The notes beneath the pieces were generated by a model that saw nothing but the letters and a program-made list of their open reading frames with translations, ran no database searches and was not told the DNA's origin. The translations under genes were made by a program, and so were the position numbers. This document shows positions 23,781-34,673 of a stretch of DNA of 64,000 bases, one piece after another; position 1 is the first letter of the stretch, and each line of letters begins with the position of its first letter. The stretch comes from a virus (taxonomy: Duplodnaviria > Caudoviricetes): positions 32,001 through 96,000 of the IMG/VR virus record IMGVR_UViG_3300021426_000071; one strand, given 5' to 3'.

Positions 23781-26366
23781 ATCGGAGAATACGGATTAAA
23801 GATTCTTAATATTGCCGCAGCTTCGATCTACGAGATGAACTGCGGCGTTAGGGAAAACCTAGATACCACGGATGCAATGTTAACGAACTCGCTGTTTTTG
23901 GATTTCTTGTTAGAGAACGGACTTGACGTATGGAAAGACGCCTCAACCAGATCAATTGTTACTATCACATTTGACTATGGTTCTCGCAGCTACGAACAGG
24001 AAAGGAAACATCTCGAAAAGCTGCTGAAGGAAGCAGACACCGACGAGCGTAGAGAGAAAATCACCTCTCTGCTAATGACTGCCGAATCGAACAAGGATAA
24101 ATATCGCCGACTAACCAAGCAAGATCTAAGGACTTTGTACTACAGAGAAGGCGTTGATATCACTTACAACACTAGAAATCGGGCGGGGGAGGTTATTAAA
24201 ACTGAGACGCGGCATTATAAGATGCTGTATCGCACCCCCGGCAAAGCAAAGAAAGGTTTATGTACTTTTTGCGAAGATAAGATATATGATAAAGCTATAG
24301 ATTTTCTAAGAATGGGGTTGAGGTTGCCATATGACAACGCCCCGATTGTGGAAATCGGTGCCTACTCCTCTCTCATCACAAGTTCGATTGTGGGCAGAAT
24401 TAAGATCGAACCTGAGAATATTTTAATAATGGATGACTTCAAGGTTCCATTTATGACGGATGTTGTCAGTGTAGAGATGAATGAGGATAAGGAATGTATC
24501 GCAGTGCCACGAAAGAACTACGAGGTTACGAATGAACTCTGGGACGGACAGGCGCTGATCGACTCCAGTATTTTTCCAGCTTGGGCCGACGGCTATGTGT
24601 TACTCAGGCATCATATGACGAAGTGCGCGGCGTTCTGTACTCACATTCAAAGGTTCTTTAAAGATTACTGTGCAGAGCGGGGCGTTGATTATGACACATT
24701 TACTATTAAGGACAAATGGGGCAACGAGCATCTGGCGCGGGACGTCAAGCTGATCACGACAACGAACGCTTGTAAGTTTTTGAAGTTCGGCGTGTCATAC
24801 GAATACTGGTCAGATTGGGTAAAAAAGAATGGATGTCTTTTCGGAGTAGTAAAAACAGCACATCCGTCAAAACTGGGCGAGGTTCAGCAGATGTCTTACC
24901 AAATGATTAACACTCTAGGTATAGACACAATGCACGAGGTAGTCCGCCCAACTGCTGAGTACATACAGAAATTACAGACAGACGACAATGTCTTCTTGCA
25001 GTACCTTGAAAAGAATAAAAATTTCTCAAATGATTTTGAGGTGTTAATCGCGCTGGTTAACCATAATCCTGACTTTATTAGGAGCGAGTATTTTAAAGAG
25101 CGCCGCTCTCGTATTATCAGGGCTTATGTTGTTAATATGAAGACGGGTAAGCTGATACAGAATGCAGATAACCTTGTCATTGTTGGTTCTCCAGCATCAA
25201 TGTTGGAGAAGACTGTTGGCAAAGATCCGAGGGTAGATCCGACATTCGAGCATGAGGACGGGGTGATCCAGTGTTATACCGAGCGGTTTGAGGATGGGGA
25301 GTATCTGGCGTCGTTCCGCAGCCCGCATAATAGTTGTAATAATATCGGGTATTTACATAACCGCCATCATCCGTTTTTTAAGCGATACTTCAACTTTGGG
25401 AAGCAGATTATAGCGGTAAATATGAATGGCACAGACTTTCAGGATCGCCATAATGGAAGCGATCAGGACTCAGATACAGTCTATGTAACAAATCAGCCGG
25501 ATATAGTTGCACACGCCGGATACTGCTACCGCAACCACCACACTATAGTTAACAATATACCAAAAGAGTCGAAGACATATAAAAACACTCCAGAGGATTT
25601 TGCGACAGTAGATAATAAACTTGCCGCCAGTCAAAACGACATAGGAATTAGTTCGAATCAGGCAGCTATCTGTTTAACATATTCCTATAATTTTAACGAC
25701 AGTAAATTTTACGAATATATTTGTATATTATCAGTATTGGCCCAAGCGGCAATTGATTCCAGCAAAAGGGCTTACGCCGTAGATATTACATCGGAAATAA
25801 AGCGCATCAAACATGATATGGACATTAAGGAACATGGTTATCCGCGCTTCTGGCGCTGTATTCATCCAGAGTACCACGGCTATATAAATAACAGTCTCAA
25901 ATGTCCAATGAACGAAGTCACACAATTTAGAGCACAAAAGCCACATCATAATTCCAATCCAATATCAAATCGTCAATTTTTCATCAAACACGACCTTACA
26001 GAATCAAGGCGCAAATGCAAGCGCGTAGAAAACTTAATACAGAAATATTCTCTCGAACTTCTAGATTATAACAAGTCCGAGGATCGAGATTATGAAGAGT
26101 ATCTTTTACTGCGGCAGGATTTCGACAATCTGGTTGAGGATATACGAAGAATATATATCTCAAATAATTATCTTGGCCTGATGTCGTGGCTGATAGATCG
26201 GGCGCTGATTATCACACCAGAAGTCAGCAAAAATGCCGGACAGCTAAAATCGAGACTCAATAAGAATAGATCGTTACTATTAAAGGTGCTTTATGAAGTA
26301 AGCCCTAATCAGTTTTTGCAATGTTTCTATTCGAAAAGTGGTACACCTGACGCCAAGCGGCGTTAA
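23781..26366 (+). CDS. yonO: YonO-like single-subunit (double-psi barrel, RdRP-like) DNA-dependent RNA polymerase
   Basis: DGQALID, LLRHHMTK, MSYQMINTL, FRSPH, NGSDQDSD (DxDxD), AQAAIDSSKR; start uncertain (ATC 23781 or ATG 23835). Confidence 0.85.
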   Translation: MGEYGLKILNIAAASIYEMNCGVRENLDTTDAMLTNSLFLDFLLENGLDVWKDASTRSIVTITFDYGSRSYEQERKHLEKLLKEADTDERREKITSLLMTAESNKDKYRRLTKQDLRTLYYREGVDITYNTRNRAGEVIKTETRHYKMLYRTPGKAKKGLCTFCEDKIYDKAIDFLRMGLRLPYDNAPIVEIGAYSSLITSSIVGRIKIEPENILIMDDFKVPFMTDVVSVEMNEDKECIAVPRKNYEVTNELWDGQALIDSSIFPAWADGYVLLRHHMTKCAAFCTHIQRFFKDYCAERGVDYDTFTIKDKWGNEHLARDVKLITTTNACKFLKFGVSYEYWSDWVKKNGCLFGVVKTAHPSKLGEVQQMSYQMINTLGIDTMHEVVRPTAEYIQKLQTDDNVFLQYLEKNKNFSNDFEVLIALVNHNPDFIRSEYFKERRSRIIRAYVVNMKTGKLIQNADNLVIVGSPASMLEKTVGKDPRVDPTFEHEDGVIQCYTERFEDGEYLASFRSPHNSCNNIGYLHNRHHPFFKRYFNFGKQIIAVNMNGTDFQDRHNGSDQDSDTVYVTNQPDIVAHAGYCYRNHHTIVNNIPKESKTYKNTPEDFATVDNKLAASQNDIGISSNQAAICLTYSYNFNDSKFYEYICILSVLAQAAIDSSKRAYAVDITSEIKRIKHDMDIKEHGYPRFWRCIHPEYHGYINNSLKCPMNEVTQFRAQKPHHNSNPISNRQFFIKHDLTESRRKCKRVENLIQKYSLELLDYNKSEDRDYEEYLLLRQDFDNLVEDIRRIYISNNYLGLMSWLIDRALIITPEVSKNAGQLKSRLNKNRSLLLKVLYEVSPNQFLQCFYSKSGTPDAKRR

Positions 26367-26467
26367 GTTTTGTACCAGAATCTGGGATAAAAAATATACC
26401 CCAAAATAAGACAGTAGTGAGAGAGACGGAATCCGCCTTTCTTAAGAATAAAAAGGAGAAAAATAGA

Positions 26468-26740
26468 ATGGTTAATAAGAAAGATTTTATTTCTAAAATT
26501 TCTGAGAAGTCTGGTTATACAAAGAAGGATATTGCGAATGTACTCTCCGCAATGGATGATTGCATTTTCGATATCGTCAAGAACGAGGATAGCGTGAGGC
26601 TCCTCAACGGAATTGTCGTTGGAGGCACCCATGTAGATACTTATAACAAGAAGCTTCCTAGTGGCGAGGTTGTTGAGGTTGCCGAGCACACGAGACCCGT
26701 TTTCAGATTTTCTACCACTTTTAAACAGGCGCTTAGATGA
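26468..26740 (+). CDS. hup: HU-like DNA-binding protein
   Basis: NKKDFISKISEKSGYTKKD...SGEVVEVAEHTRPVFRFSTTFKQAL. Confidence 0.85.
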   Translation: MVNKKDFISKISEKSGYTKKDIANVLSAMDDCIFDIVKNEDSVRLLNGIVVGGTHVDTYNKKLPSGEVVEVAEHTRPVFRFSTTFKQALR

Positions 26741-27543
26741 TATATAAAGGCTATCGTATATTAAATGGTTCGTCCGAGGAAATTAACGACGTAATGTCGA
26801 ATATAGATTATTCGGACTGGAACGTGAACGAATATCTTCTTATCCAAAATACAGACGATGGATCGGAAAAGGAGATGCGCTTTGATGGGCGGCAATTTGT
26901 TGGGCTTAAGCTGCCGCCCTCCAAATATATTAAGGCAAAGAATGCATTACAGAGATGCGCTTTAGATATTCTTATGAATCCAGATATTACAGTTGCTGCA
27001 ATATTAGGAGGTTACGGAACTGGCAAAACCCGTTTAGCAATGTCTATGGCTCTTTATCATGTCAGAGAACGAGGAAATCAAGCTGCGATCTTAGGTGTTA
27101 GAGAGCCGACTGGTGAAGGAGAAGACATAGGATATCTGCCCGGTTCAGCCGAAGATAAGACTAATTATTTCTTTGCCCCTCTTACTCAGCAGTTAGATGG
27201 CGGGGAGTTCGAACTTGAAAGCTTAAAACAGCGTGGAGTGTTAGACACAATGATTCCTCGGTTTATGAAGGGCATGACTTATAACGACACTATTATTGTA
27301 TGTGATGAGGCCGAGGATTTTAGTAAAAGCGTCTTGAGATTAGTTGGCACGAGAGTTGGAAGAAATAGTCGGATATTTATGGCTGGCGATTATAAACAAT
27401 CTTTGACAGATCGAAGCATTAGTAATCCGTTAATTTTAATGTGTAATGCATTTAAAGGAGATTCCCGATTTGGGTGTATCTATATGGAGGAAGATGTGAG
27501 GTCTGATACTTCTAAAATGTTTGCAGATTTGTTTCAAGATTAA
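26737..27543 (+). CDS. phoH: PhoH-family ATPase
   Basis: GGYGTGKT, IGYLPG, KGMTY, DEAED, TRVG, GDYKQ, VRS. Confidence 0.9.
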   Translation: MIYKGYRILNGSSEEINDVMSNIDYSDWNVNEYLLIQNTDDGSEKEMRFDGRQFVGLKLPPSKYIKAKNALQRCALDILMNPDITVAAILGGYGTGKTRLAMSMALYHVRERGNQAAILGVREPTGEGEDIGYLPGSAEDKTNYFFAPLTQQLDGGEFELESLKQRGVLDTMIPRFMKGMTYNDTIIVCDEAEDFSKSVLRLVGTRVGRNSRIFMAGDYKQSLTDRSISNPLILMCNAFKGDSRFGCIYMEEDVRSDTSKMFADLFQD

Positions 27544-27554
27544 CGAGGAATAAC

Positions 27555-28145
27555 ATGGAACTTATACCTATTGCACTGAGTGATTTGCTGGACTCGAGTC
27601 TTCCTGATCCCGTAGATTACGCATATTATAACGGACTTACGGAACGTAAGATTATTATTAATTCTCAGATTAGCGACGACCTTCTGGAGGTAGCAATTCT
27701 TCCGTATATTCAGATGGATAACGACGGAAGCGGTGAGCCAATCGAGATTATTATTTCAACGGTGGGCGGCGATATTTATAGCGGCTTTAATCTGGTAGAT
27801 CAGATTGAGAAGGCTAAGACTCCAACCACAATTCATATTATGGCTATGGCAGCTTCAATGGGGACGCTGATTGCAATGGCTGGGAAGAATAACCCGAATG
27901 TGAAGACCGTGTGTCATCCGTTCAGTGTTGGTCTGATCCACAGTGGTTCCCAGTATATGGAAGGATCTGCCCATGCCGTAAAAGATACGTTTGATTTCAC
28001 ACAGCATTACGAGGAAAAGATTAAGGCGTATATCCTCTCCCACTCCAATATTGACGAGGATTACTACGAAAAGATTGAGCGGAAGGAGCTTTGGCTCGAC
28101 GCTGACGAAATGCTGAGACTTGGAATTGTTGACGAGATTATTTGA
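27555..28145 (+). CDS. clpP: ClpP-like serine protease
   Basis: STVGGD, AASMG, LIHS, WLDADEMLRLGIVDEI. Confidence 0.85.
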   Translation: MELIPIALSDLLDSSLPDPVDYAYYNGLTERKIIINSQISDDLLEVAILPYIQMDNDGSGEPIEIIISTVGGDIYSGFNLVDQIEKAKTPTTIHIMAMAASMGTLIAMAGKNNPNVKTVCHPFSVGLIHSGSQYMEGSAHAVKDTFDFTQHYEEKIKAYILSHSNIDEDYYEKIERKELWLDADEMLRLGIVDEII

Positions 28146-28354
28146 TAACAGGGCGGCTTAATGCCGCCCAATTGGAGAAAATAGAGATGAAGAAAAAGAA
28201 TCTAATGAAGCTTCAGGAAAAGTATAGAAAAGATTATCAGATGCAGGATCTGATTGCCCGGACTCAGAAGGTAAAACCTTATGTAGATCAGGAGCTTAGC
28301 AAGGCCATGTGGGGAACCGACGCGTCGATTCGCAAGGAGTCAAAACATGAGTGA
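28142..28354 (+). CDS. small hypothetical protein
   Basis: ORF filling the gap; start uncertain. Confidence 0.5.
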   Translation: MITGRLNAAQLEKIEMKKKNLMKLQEKYRKDYQMQDLIARTQKVKPYVDQELSKAMWGTDASIRKESKHE

Positions 28355-29534
28355 GTATAAGCGATTCGAGGGAGAGTCCGACGAGGAACTGATCTTTCGA
28401 ATCTGTTCAGATAAAGAGAGTATCGGCAGCTGGGATCAGGTGAAAGATATTCTTAATAAGCTTCTGGATAAGGATTACGGTGAAAGTACATACCGCAAGA
28501 AGTTCGCCGCTTTTAATAAAATGTTTCTTGCTAATCGGTCGCGCTTTATTGATTCGGACAAACAGCTGGAGGCGCTGCGCGAGGAAGAACGCCGACTGGA
28601 AATTGAAAAGATTAAATTCCGCGACGAGCGTAACGCGTGGAGCGCACAAAACCGAATTCAGGCAAGAGCCGAAGCTAAACTAGATAACATTGAAGACGCC
28701 CTATGTGATATGGGGCGTATTTATTTTCCAGAACATCCCGCTCCAACTGTGACCAATGCTGATAGAACAATCTTGATTATGCTTAACGATCTTCATATTG
28801 GTGCCACGTTTGATAATTTCTTTGGCAAGTACGATCTTGATACAGCTAGGAATCGACTTGGGCAGCTACTCGAGGAAGTGAAAATTATTGCAAAGAGGCA
28901 TGATGCAGATGAATGCTATGTTAGTCTCGGCGGTGATGCTATCAGCGGTAATATTCATCTGAATCTTCGGATTACAAATCGAGAGAATGTTATTTCACAG
29001 ATTAAGCGATGTTCGGAATTAGTCGCTTCATTTTGTTATGAACTGACAAAAATATTTTCTACTGTCAACCTTGTCAGTGTTGATGGTAACCATTCCAGAA
29101 TTGACAAGAAGGAAGAAGCGATGGGCGAAGAACGGCTGGACTCGCTTATTCCTTGGGCTGTCAGTATGGCGCTTCACGAGGTGGAAAATTTTAAATATAT
29201 ACAAGATAACAATATTAATAATGGGATAGCGCTTATTAATATTCGCGGCAAATATTACATCAGTGTTCATGGCGATTATGACTCATTTAATAAGGCTGGA
29301 GTACAGAATCTAATTACAATGATTCGCGTTGTACCTTATGGGATCCTGTTCGGTCATAAACATTATTGCGCAATTGAGGAATGTAATGGCGTAAAGATGA
29401 TTCAGGGCGGCGCACTTTGTGGAAGCGGCGACGAGTTTACCGTTGAAAAACGAATTCGCGGCAAGGCCAGCCAAATGGTGTGTGTCTGCTCTCCTGATGG
29501 AATAGAGGCGTATTATCCTGTTGAACTGGATTAA
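28347..29534 (+). CDS. calcineurin-like metallophosphoesterase with an N-terminal coiled coil
   Basis: DLHIG, GGD, GNH, HGD, GHKH. Confidence 0.85.
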   Translation: MSEYKRFEGESDEELIFRICSDKESIGSWDQVKDILNKLLDKDYGESTYRKKFAAFNKMFLANRSRFIDSDKQLEALREEERRLEIEKIKFRDERNAWSAQNRIQARAEAKLDNIEDALCDMGRIYFPEHPAPTVTNADRTILIMLNDLHIGATFDNFFGKYDLDTARNRLGQLLEEVKIIAKRHDADECYVSLGGDAISGNIHLNLRITNRENVISQIKRCSELVASFCYELTKIFSTVNLVSVDGNHSRIDKKEEAMGEERLDSLIPWAVSMALHEVENFKYIQDNNINNGIALINIRGKYYISVHGDYDSFNKAGVQNLITMIRVVPYGILFGHKHYCAIEECNGVKMIQGGALCGSGDEFTVEKRIRGKASQMVCVCSPDGIEAYYPVELD

Positions 29535-29547
29535 AGGAGAATAAATA

Positions 29548-30828
29548 GTGGCTACGGCAAAAAGAATGTCCACTACGGCAAAGGCTTCCGGGTCGAAGAA
29601 ACCTATTGCTCAGGTTCGTGCCGAGAATGAGAAGCTTCGCGCTGAAAATGAGAAATTAAAAGGAAGTGCATATTGCCGTATGTGTGATTCCATTAAAACA
29701 AAAGATAAATTTTATGTAAGTACCGATCCGATGTGTAAAGGTGGGGTAACTCCTATTTGCAAAGAGTGCGCTCGCAAAATTGCGCTAAGGGTCGATAGAG
29801 TTGGTGGACTACATGAACCAACTAAAGATTCCGTTATTCTTGCAATGAGATATTTAGATAAACCGTTTCTTGAAAGTGTATGGAACTCAAGCATACAAGA
29901 GTCTGAAAATCTTAATGGCGGACAAGTCAAATCAAACCCATACGAGGCATATGTGAAGAATATTGCGATGATGCAGCATAATGGGAAGACATATAAAGAT
30001 TCTGACATGTTTAAAGAAACCATTATTTATGATGATGAAAAATCGCCACAGGAACTCGTCGAGGAACACAACGGTCAGGATACTTACGACTCGTATCTGA
30101 AAAATAAACAAGATGTAATAAGATTGCTGGACTATGATCCGTTCGAGGAAGAACCGATCAAAGACCAGCCATTTTTATATTCTCAACTGCTTGGAATGCT
30201 TGATTCTTCTGAGGATGCCAATGAGGATATGATGAGAGTTTCTTCTGCAATACAGATTGTGCGCGGTTTTCTTCAGCAGTCAAAAATTGATAATGCGATT
30301 GCAAAATTAATGGGTGATGTTACTGCCGTTCAGGAGAACTCTGGAACTATTAAGTCTTTACAGGATAGTAAACAGAAGCTAACAAGTATGATTACTAACT
30401 TGGCGGCTGAAAGCTGTTTGAGTTTGAAGAATAGCAAAACTAAAACAAAGGGCGAAGATACCTTTACTGGCAGGCTGCGCAAAATCAGAGAGCTTAACCT
30501 TCGAGATTCTGAGTTAAACGGATACGATATTGAAACGTGCAAAGGAATGCAACAGGTTGCCGACGCCAGCATGGAGGCAATTATAAAAGGTCTCCGGCTA
30601 TCTGAGGACGAGATGTCAGATATAGTTGCTGCTCAGAGAAGAAAGATTGGCGAGATGGATTTGCAGACCAAATCATATAAAGAGGCAGTAAGAATTCTTC
30701 TGAAAGAAAACCTTGATCTTAGAGATGCGCTTGATAATTTAGGCGGTTTGCAAAGCGGCCTAATTAACCTTGATGATTTGGTTAGCACCTATATTGTTGC
30801 GGCTCAAGAGGTGACTCCAAGTGAATAA
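29548..30828 (+). CDS. Zn-finger/coiled-coil protein upstream of terminase (possible small-terminase equivalent)
   Basis: CRMC...PICKEC; synteny. Confidence 0.6.
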   Translation: MATAKRMSTTAKASGSKKPIAQVRAENEKLRAENEKLKGSAYCRMCDSIKTKDKFYVSTDPMCKGGVTPICKECARKIALRVDRVGGLHEPTKDSVILAMRYLDKPFLESVWNSSIQESENLNGGQVKSNPYEAYVKNIAMMQHNGKTYKDSDMFKETIIYDDEKSPQELVEEHNGQDTYDSYLKNKQDVIRLLDYDPFEEEPIKDQPFLYSQLLGMLDSSEDANEDMMRVSSAIQIVRGFLQQSKIDNAIAKLMGDVTAVQENSGTIKSLQDSKQKLTSMITNLAAESCLSLKNSKTKTKGEDTFTGRLRKIRELNLRDSELNGYDIETCKGMQQVADASMEAIIKGLRLSEDEMSDIVAAQRRKIGEMDLQTKSYKEAVRILLKENLDLRDALDNLGGLQSGLINLDDLVSTYIVAAQEVTPSE

Positions 30829-32911
30829 TTATAATGTATGTTATGATGACAAGATTGCGAACCAATGTATTTATGGGAGCGATTTTGTCAAAGAAATTCT
30901 TGGGATTGAAAATCATCATAATGATATATTTGCACCGCAACGAGAATATCCGATTAGCAATAAAAAGCTTGAGGGATTCATACGTCTTAACGAGGAACGG
31001 AATTATTATCAGCAAAATCCTGTTAAATTCTATGAGGATTTTTTCAGAATACAGCTATTAGATTCACAGGCGTACCTCATGCAGTCTGCATGGCCCACAA
31101 AGAACGTCGTTGTGTGCGCTAGTCGTGCTTGGGGAAAATCACTATGGATAGTGCTCTTCATCATGGGAAAGCAAATGTTATCCAGCGAACCTTGGAATTG
31201 TTATATCGCGTCTGGGTCAAGCCAACAATCTGCTACAACTTTCAGAAAGCTGGAAGATGTTGCGAATGATCGAATTTCCAGTTTGAGAGGATCGACTGGA
31301 AAAATATTTAAAAACGAGGTTGTTGTAAACGCCGCTGCCGGAGATGGCTTTAGCCATAATCCATCTGGATTCGAATATAAAGTTTATAACGATGCTTTTA
31401 CAAGAACTCTTTCGTCGAACGTAGATCGCGCCAGAGGTGCAAGAAGTGATTGTGTCGTATTTGATGAATGCGGCTTCTTGGATGGGAATTTAATCGAAGT
31501 TTATAAAGCATTCTGTGCTGTTGATAATACGTTTGCTACTGGTTTTGATGAAAATGGAAACAGTATAGATATGGTCAGATTGATGGCTATGCCACAATCG
31601 CCGCCAAAGCAATTAATATATGTTTCCTCTGCGTCAAGTGTTGATACAGAATTTTACAAAATATACAGGGATTATAGCAAACAGATGATCGCTGGTGATC
31701 CAGATTATTTCGTTGCCAATATAGATTGCGAACTTGCTATGAGGCCGACAATTCACAATGTGCCGACTGTGTCTGCTCTTACGAGGGATATGATTGAAGC
31801 AACTATGCGAACCAATCCCATTAAGGGGCGCAGAGAATATTATTGTGAGTTTTCTGAAGACGCCGGGGCAGACGCAATTATAAAGCGCGGTGTTATTACG
31901 AGGAATGAGGAGACTCGTGTCCCACTTCTTTATAATGATACTGGCGAGAAGAGATTTATCTTGGCATATGACCCGGCTAGAAGTATGGATAACTCGGTTA
32001 TTGGCGTTATGGAAGTATATCCAGTCACACTCGTAGATGGAAGTATCGATCTTCGAGGCCGGATCGTCAACTGTGTGAATCTTGTGGATGTTGGAAAGAA
32101 GTTGAAGACCCCAATGCAAACACCAGACCAGATTAGATATCTGAAACAGATGATTCTGGACTACAACGCTGGAATAGATGGATACGGAAATATTATTAAT
32201 GTGTATATAGACGCGGGAGCCGGAGGTGGCGGTGTGAATGTAGCTGACTACCTCATGCAGGACTGGGAGACTGCGGATGGGATTGTTCATCGTGGTTTAA
32301 TTGATCATGAATATTCCGCAGATTATGTATCGCGTTTTCCAAATGCTGTAAATAAAATCAGACTACTCTCCCCTTCCGCATACAAGTCTGTTATTTATGA
32401 GTCTCTTATAGAGATGATGAATCAGGATAAGATTTCTTTCACGTCGGCATATGACAATAAAGGGTTTCTTACACTGTTTGATATAGATGAGAAGACTCTT
32501 GCAGAAGAAAGAGAAAAAATATCTGAGAGACTTAAAAAGAAAAAATTAAACCAGAAAGATTTTGAAGAAAAGTTGGCCGAAGAATTGGACAAAGTTCAGT
32601 CTGTAAATACGAGGATTCAAAAGTTGACTTGGCAGGAGGAGTTAGCGCTTGCTAACATCGATGCTATGAAGGAAGAGGTCGTGAACATGGTTCGAAAAAA
32701 ACGCGAGTCAGGTCGTGATTCATTTGAACTTACGCCAGAAAAGGCCCGTATTCTTCATGATGATCGTAGTTATGTGCTGGCCATGATGGCATACGGACTT
32801 GCTCAAGAGCGGCGCAAACTTATTCTTAATCGAAAACCGAAGACCGATGCTAAAACTTTAGCATCTCAGCTGACAATCCGCCGTGGTTCATATGGCGGAA
32901 AAATTATTTAA
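30821..32911 (+). CDS. terL: terminase large subunit
   Basis: Walker A ASRAWGKS, ARGARS..VVFDE, YVSSAS, REYYCEF, AYDPA nuclease motif, HDDRSY. Confidence 0.9.
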   Translation: MNNYNVCYDDKIANQCIYGSDFVKEILGIENHHNDIFAPQREYPISNKKLEGFIRLNEERNYYQQNPVKFYEDFFRIQLLDSQAYLMQSAWPTKNVVVCASRAWGKSLWIVLFIMGKQMLSSEPWNCYIASGSSQQSATTFRKLEDVANDRISSLRGSTGKIFKNEVVVNAAAGDGFSHNPSGFEYKVYNDAFTRTLSSNVDRARGARSDCVVFDECGFLDGNLIEVYKAFCAVDNTFATGFDENGNSIDMVRLMAMPQSPPKQLIYVSSASSVDTEFYKIYRDYSKQMIAGDPDYFVANIDCELAMRPTIHNVPTVSALTRDMIEATMRTNPIKGRREYYCEFSEDAGADAIIKRGVITRNEETRVPLLYNDTGEKRFILAYDPARSMDNSVIGVMEVYPVTLVDGSIDLRGRIVNCVNLVDVGKKLKTPMQTPDQIRYLKQMILDYNAGIDGYGNIINVYIDAGAGGGGVNVADYLMQDWETADGIVHRGLIDHEYSADYVSRFPNAVNKIRLLSPSAYKSVIYESLIEMMNQDKISFTSAYDNKGFLTLFDIDEKTLAEEREKISERLKKKKLNQKDFEEKLAEELDKVQSVNTRIQKLTWQEELALANIDAMKEEVVNMVRKKRESGRDSFELTPEKARILHDDRSYVLAMMAYGLAQERRKLILNRKPKTDAKTLASQLTIRRGSYGGKII

Positions 32912-32924
32912 TGGAGGTGCATAA

Positions 32925-34460
32925 ATGGCACAAGAAAAAACTGGTGTTGATGCACCTATGACTGCGGCAGAAATGCAGCAGTGGATACAAGATCATGATC
33001 GGGCAATGAAGAATTATGCGGCGGCGCTTGATCCGCTGAAACAGTTGAGGGATGTAACAAAATCTTCAAGTAGGAGAATTCAGTCTTTAACAAAAGAAAA
33101 TATTATTACATATCTTCAAAGTCCGATTTCGAACGAGGCCAATCTTAGAAATGCCTCGTTTTATATTTTTTATAGAAATCAGGTTTATCAAAGGTTAATA
33201 CTATATTTTTCAACACTATTCTGTCTTGAGGCAAGAAGTATTATCCCAAAGTATGACCTGATTAAACCAGATTCTGATGACAAAATTTTAAAATCATTTA
33301 ATGATACGGCCAAAATGCTTGGTGCGTGGAATATCAATAATGAGTTTTTAAAAGTGATTATCACATGTATGATTCAGGACGTCAGTTATAACTGTGCGTA
33401 TTATGACGACACTGGGTTATATTTGCTTCCACTTCCGGCTGATTATTGTAAGATCTATGCCCAGTATCCAGACGGTTCGTTCGCCTTTATGGTAGACATG
33501 TCCTATTTTAGAGGAACAAATAACTGGTTAATCGAAGCGTGGGGCGAACCATTTGCGAGCATGTATAGAGCCTTTGAAACAGAGGGCAATAATGGCAGAT
33601 GGCAACCAATGCCTGATGAATACGCTGCGGCTTTCAAATTTAGAAATTATGATTATGAGACCGTTATTCCACCGTTTTCTGGAATTCTCGGGGATATGAT
33701 CAATCTAAATGACATTTTTGATAACCAGAAGATCGCTGATGATGCAGAAATATATAAGCTTATATATTTAAAGCTGAAAACTATTACTGGTGCAAAAATG
33801 GCCGACGAGTGGGCCGTTGATCCATCGGTCGCTATTGAGTATTTTAGAAGGCTTATTGACGAGGCGCTCCCAGATTATATGTCTGCGGCAATCGTTCCCG
33901 GAAATGATGATCTCGGTGTTATTGACTTTTCAAATACAGATAAGGCTTCTGAAAGTAATAAGGTTCTCAAAGCGACAAAGTCAATTCTTAATACTTCCGG
34001 CGGAGCACAGATTTTAAATTCTGCCGAAATATCTGGAACCACCGCTTTTAATGCCGCAATCAGGGCAGATACGGAATTTGCCATTAGTAGTCTTCTTCCG
34101 CAAATTGAGGGATGGTTTAATCGAATTATAGAGAATGTTGTCTCGAATCCTTCAATTATCAAGTTCTATCATGTAGGCAGATTAACAAGGGATGACTTTA
34201 GAAAAGAGATGCTCGAAAATGCTCAGTACTCTCTTCCTGCAAAATTAGCGATCATGTCTTTGAGTGGACTAGACCCGCTTCATGTCATGTCTCTTAATCA
34301 TCTTGAAGAGGACATTCTTGAACTTGGGGAGAAGTTTAACGATCCGCTTAGATCAAGTTATACCTCCAGTAATTATTACAGAGGCGGCAGACCAGTAAGT
34401 GATGATGGTTCTTTGACAGACGATGGCGAAGCCAGTCGTGAAAAGACAGATAGGGCATAA
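32925..34460 (+). CDS. portal protein
   Basis: 511 aa immediately after terL; C-terminal SSYT..GGRP. Confidence 0.75.
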   Translation: MAQEKTGVDAPMTAAEMQQWIQDHDRAMKNYAAALDPLKQLRDVTKSSSRRIQSLTKENIITYLQSPISNEANLRNASFYIFYRNQVYQRLILYFSTLFCLEARSIIPKYDLIKPDSDDKILKSFNDTAKMLGAWNINNEFLKVIITCMIQDVSYNCAYYDDTGLYLLPLPADYCKIYAQYPDGSFAFMVDMSYFRGTNNWLIEAWGEPFASMYRAFETEGNNGRWQPMPDEYAAAFKFRNYDYETVIPPFSGILGDMINLNDIFDNQKIADDAEIYKLIYLKLKTITGAKMADEWAVDPSVAIEYFRRLIDEALPDYMSAAIVPGNDDLGVIDFSNTDKASESNKVLKATKSILNTSGGAQILNSAEISGTTAFNAAIRADTEFAISSLLPQIEGWFNRIIENVVSNPSIIKFYHVGRLTRDDFRKEMLENAQYSLPAKLAIMSLSGLDPLHVMSLNHLEEDILELGEKFNDPLRSSYTSSNYYRGGRPVSDDGSLTDDGEASREKTDRA

Positions 34461-34483
34461 GCATATTAAAGGGAGTATATTAT

Positions 34484-34672
34484 ATGAATAGTAATTATAT
34501 TAAATCCTCAGATCAAGACACAATCAAGAAGCTTAAGCAGCTTGGTTTTGTCCTCCTTGAGGAAAAGAATGGAATGTCAACCTTTCTAAATGACCCAGCA
34601 ACCATTAGAAAGTTTGCTGAACCAGAAGGGATGATTTTTACATTCACAGACAAGATGAATTGTGGAGGTTGA
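34484..34672 (+). CDS. small hypothetical protein
   Basis: YIKSSDQDTIKKLKQLGFVLL; RBS present. Confidence 0.65.
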   Translation: MNSNYIKSSDQDTIKKLKQLGFVLLEEKNGMSTFLNDPATIRKFAEPEGMIFTFTDKMNCGG

Positions 34673-34673
34673 G

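Noticed and set aside
30821-32911. Intein in the long terminase
   Set aside because: No intein N-terminal block, HN-C/S/T junction or LAGLIDADG motif seen; the extra length is a charged coiled-coil insert
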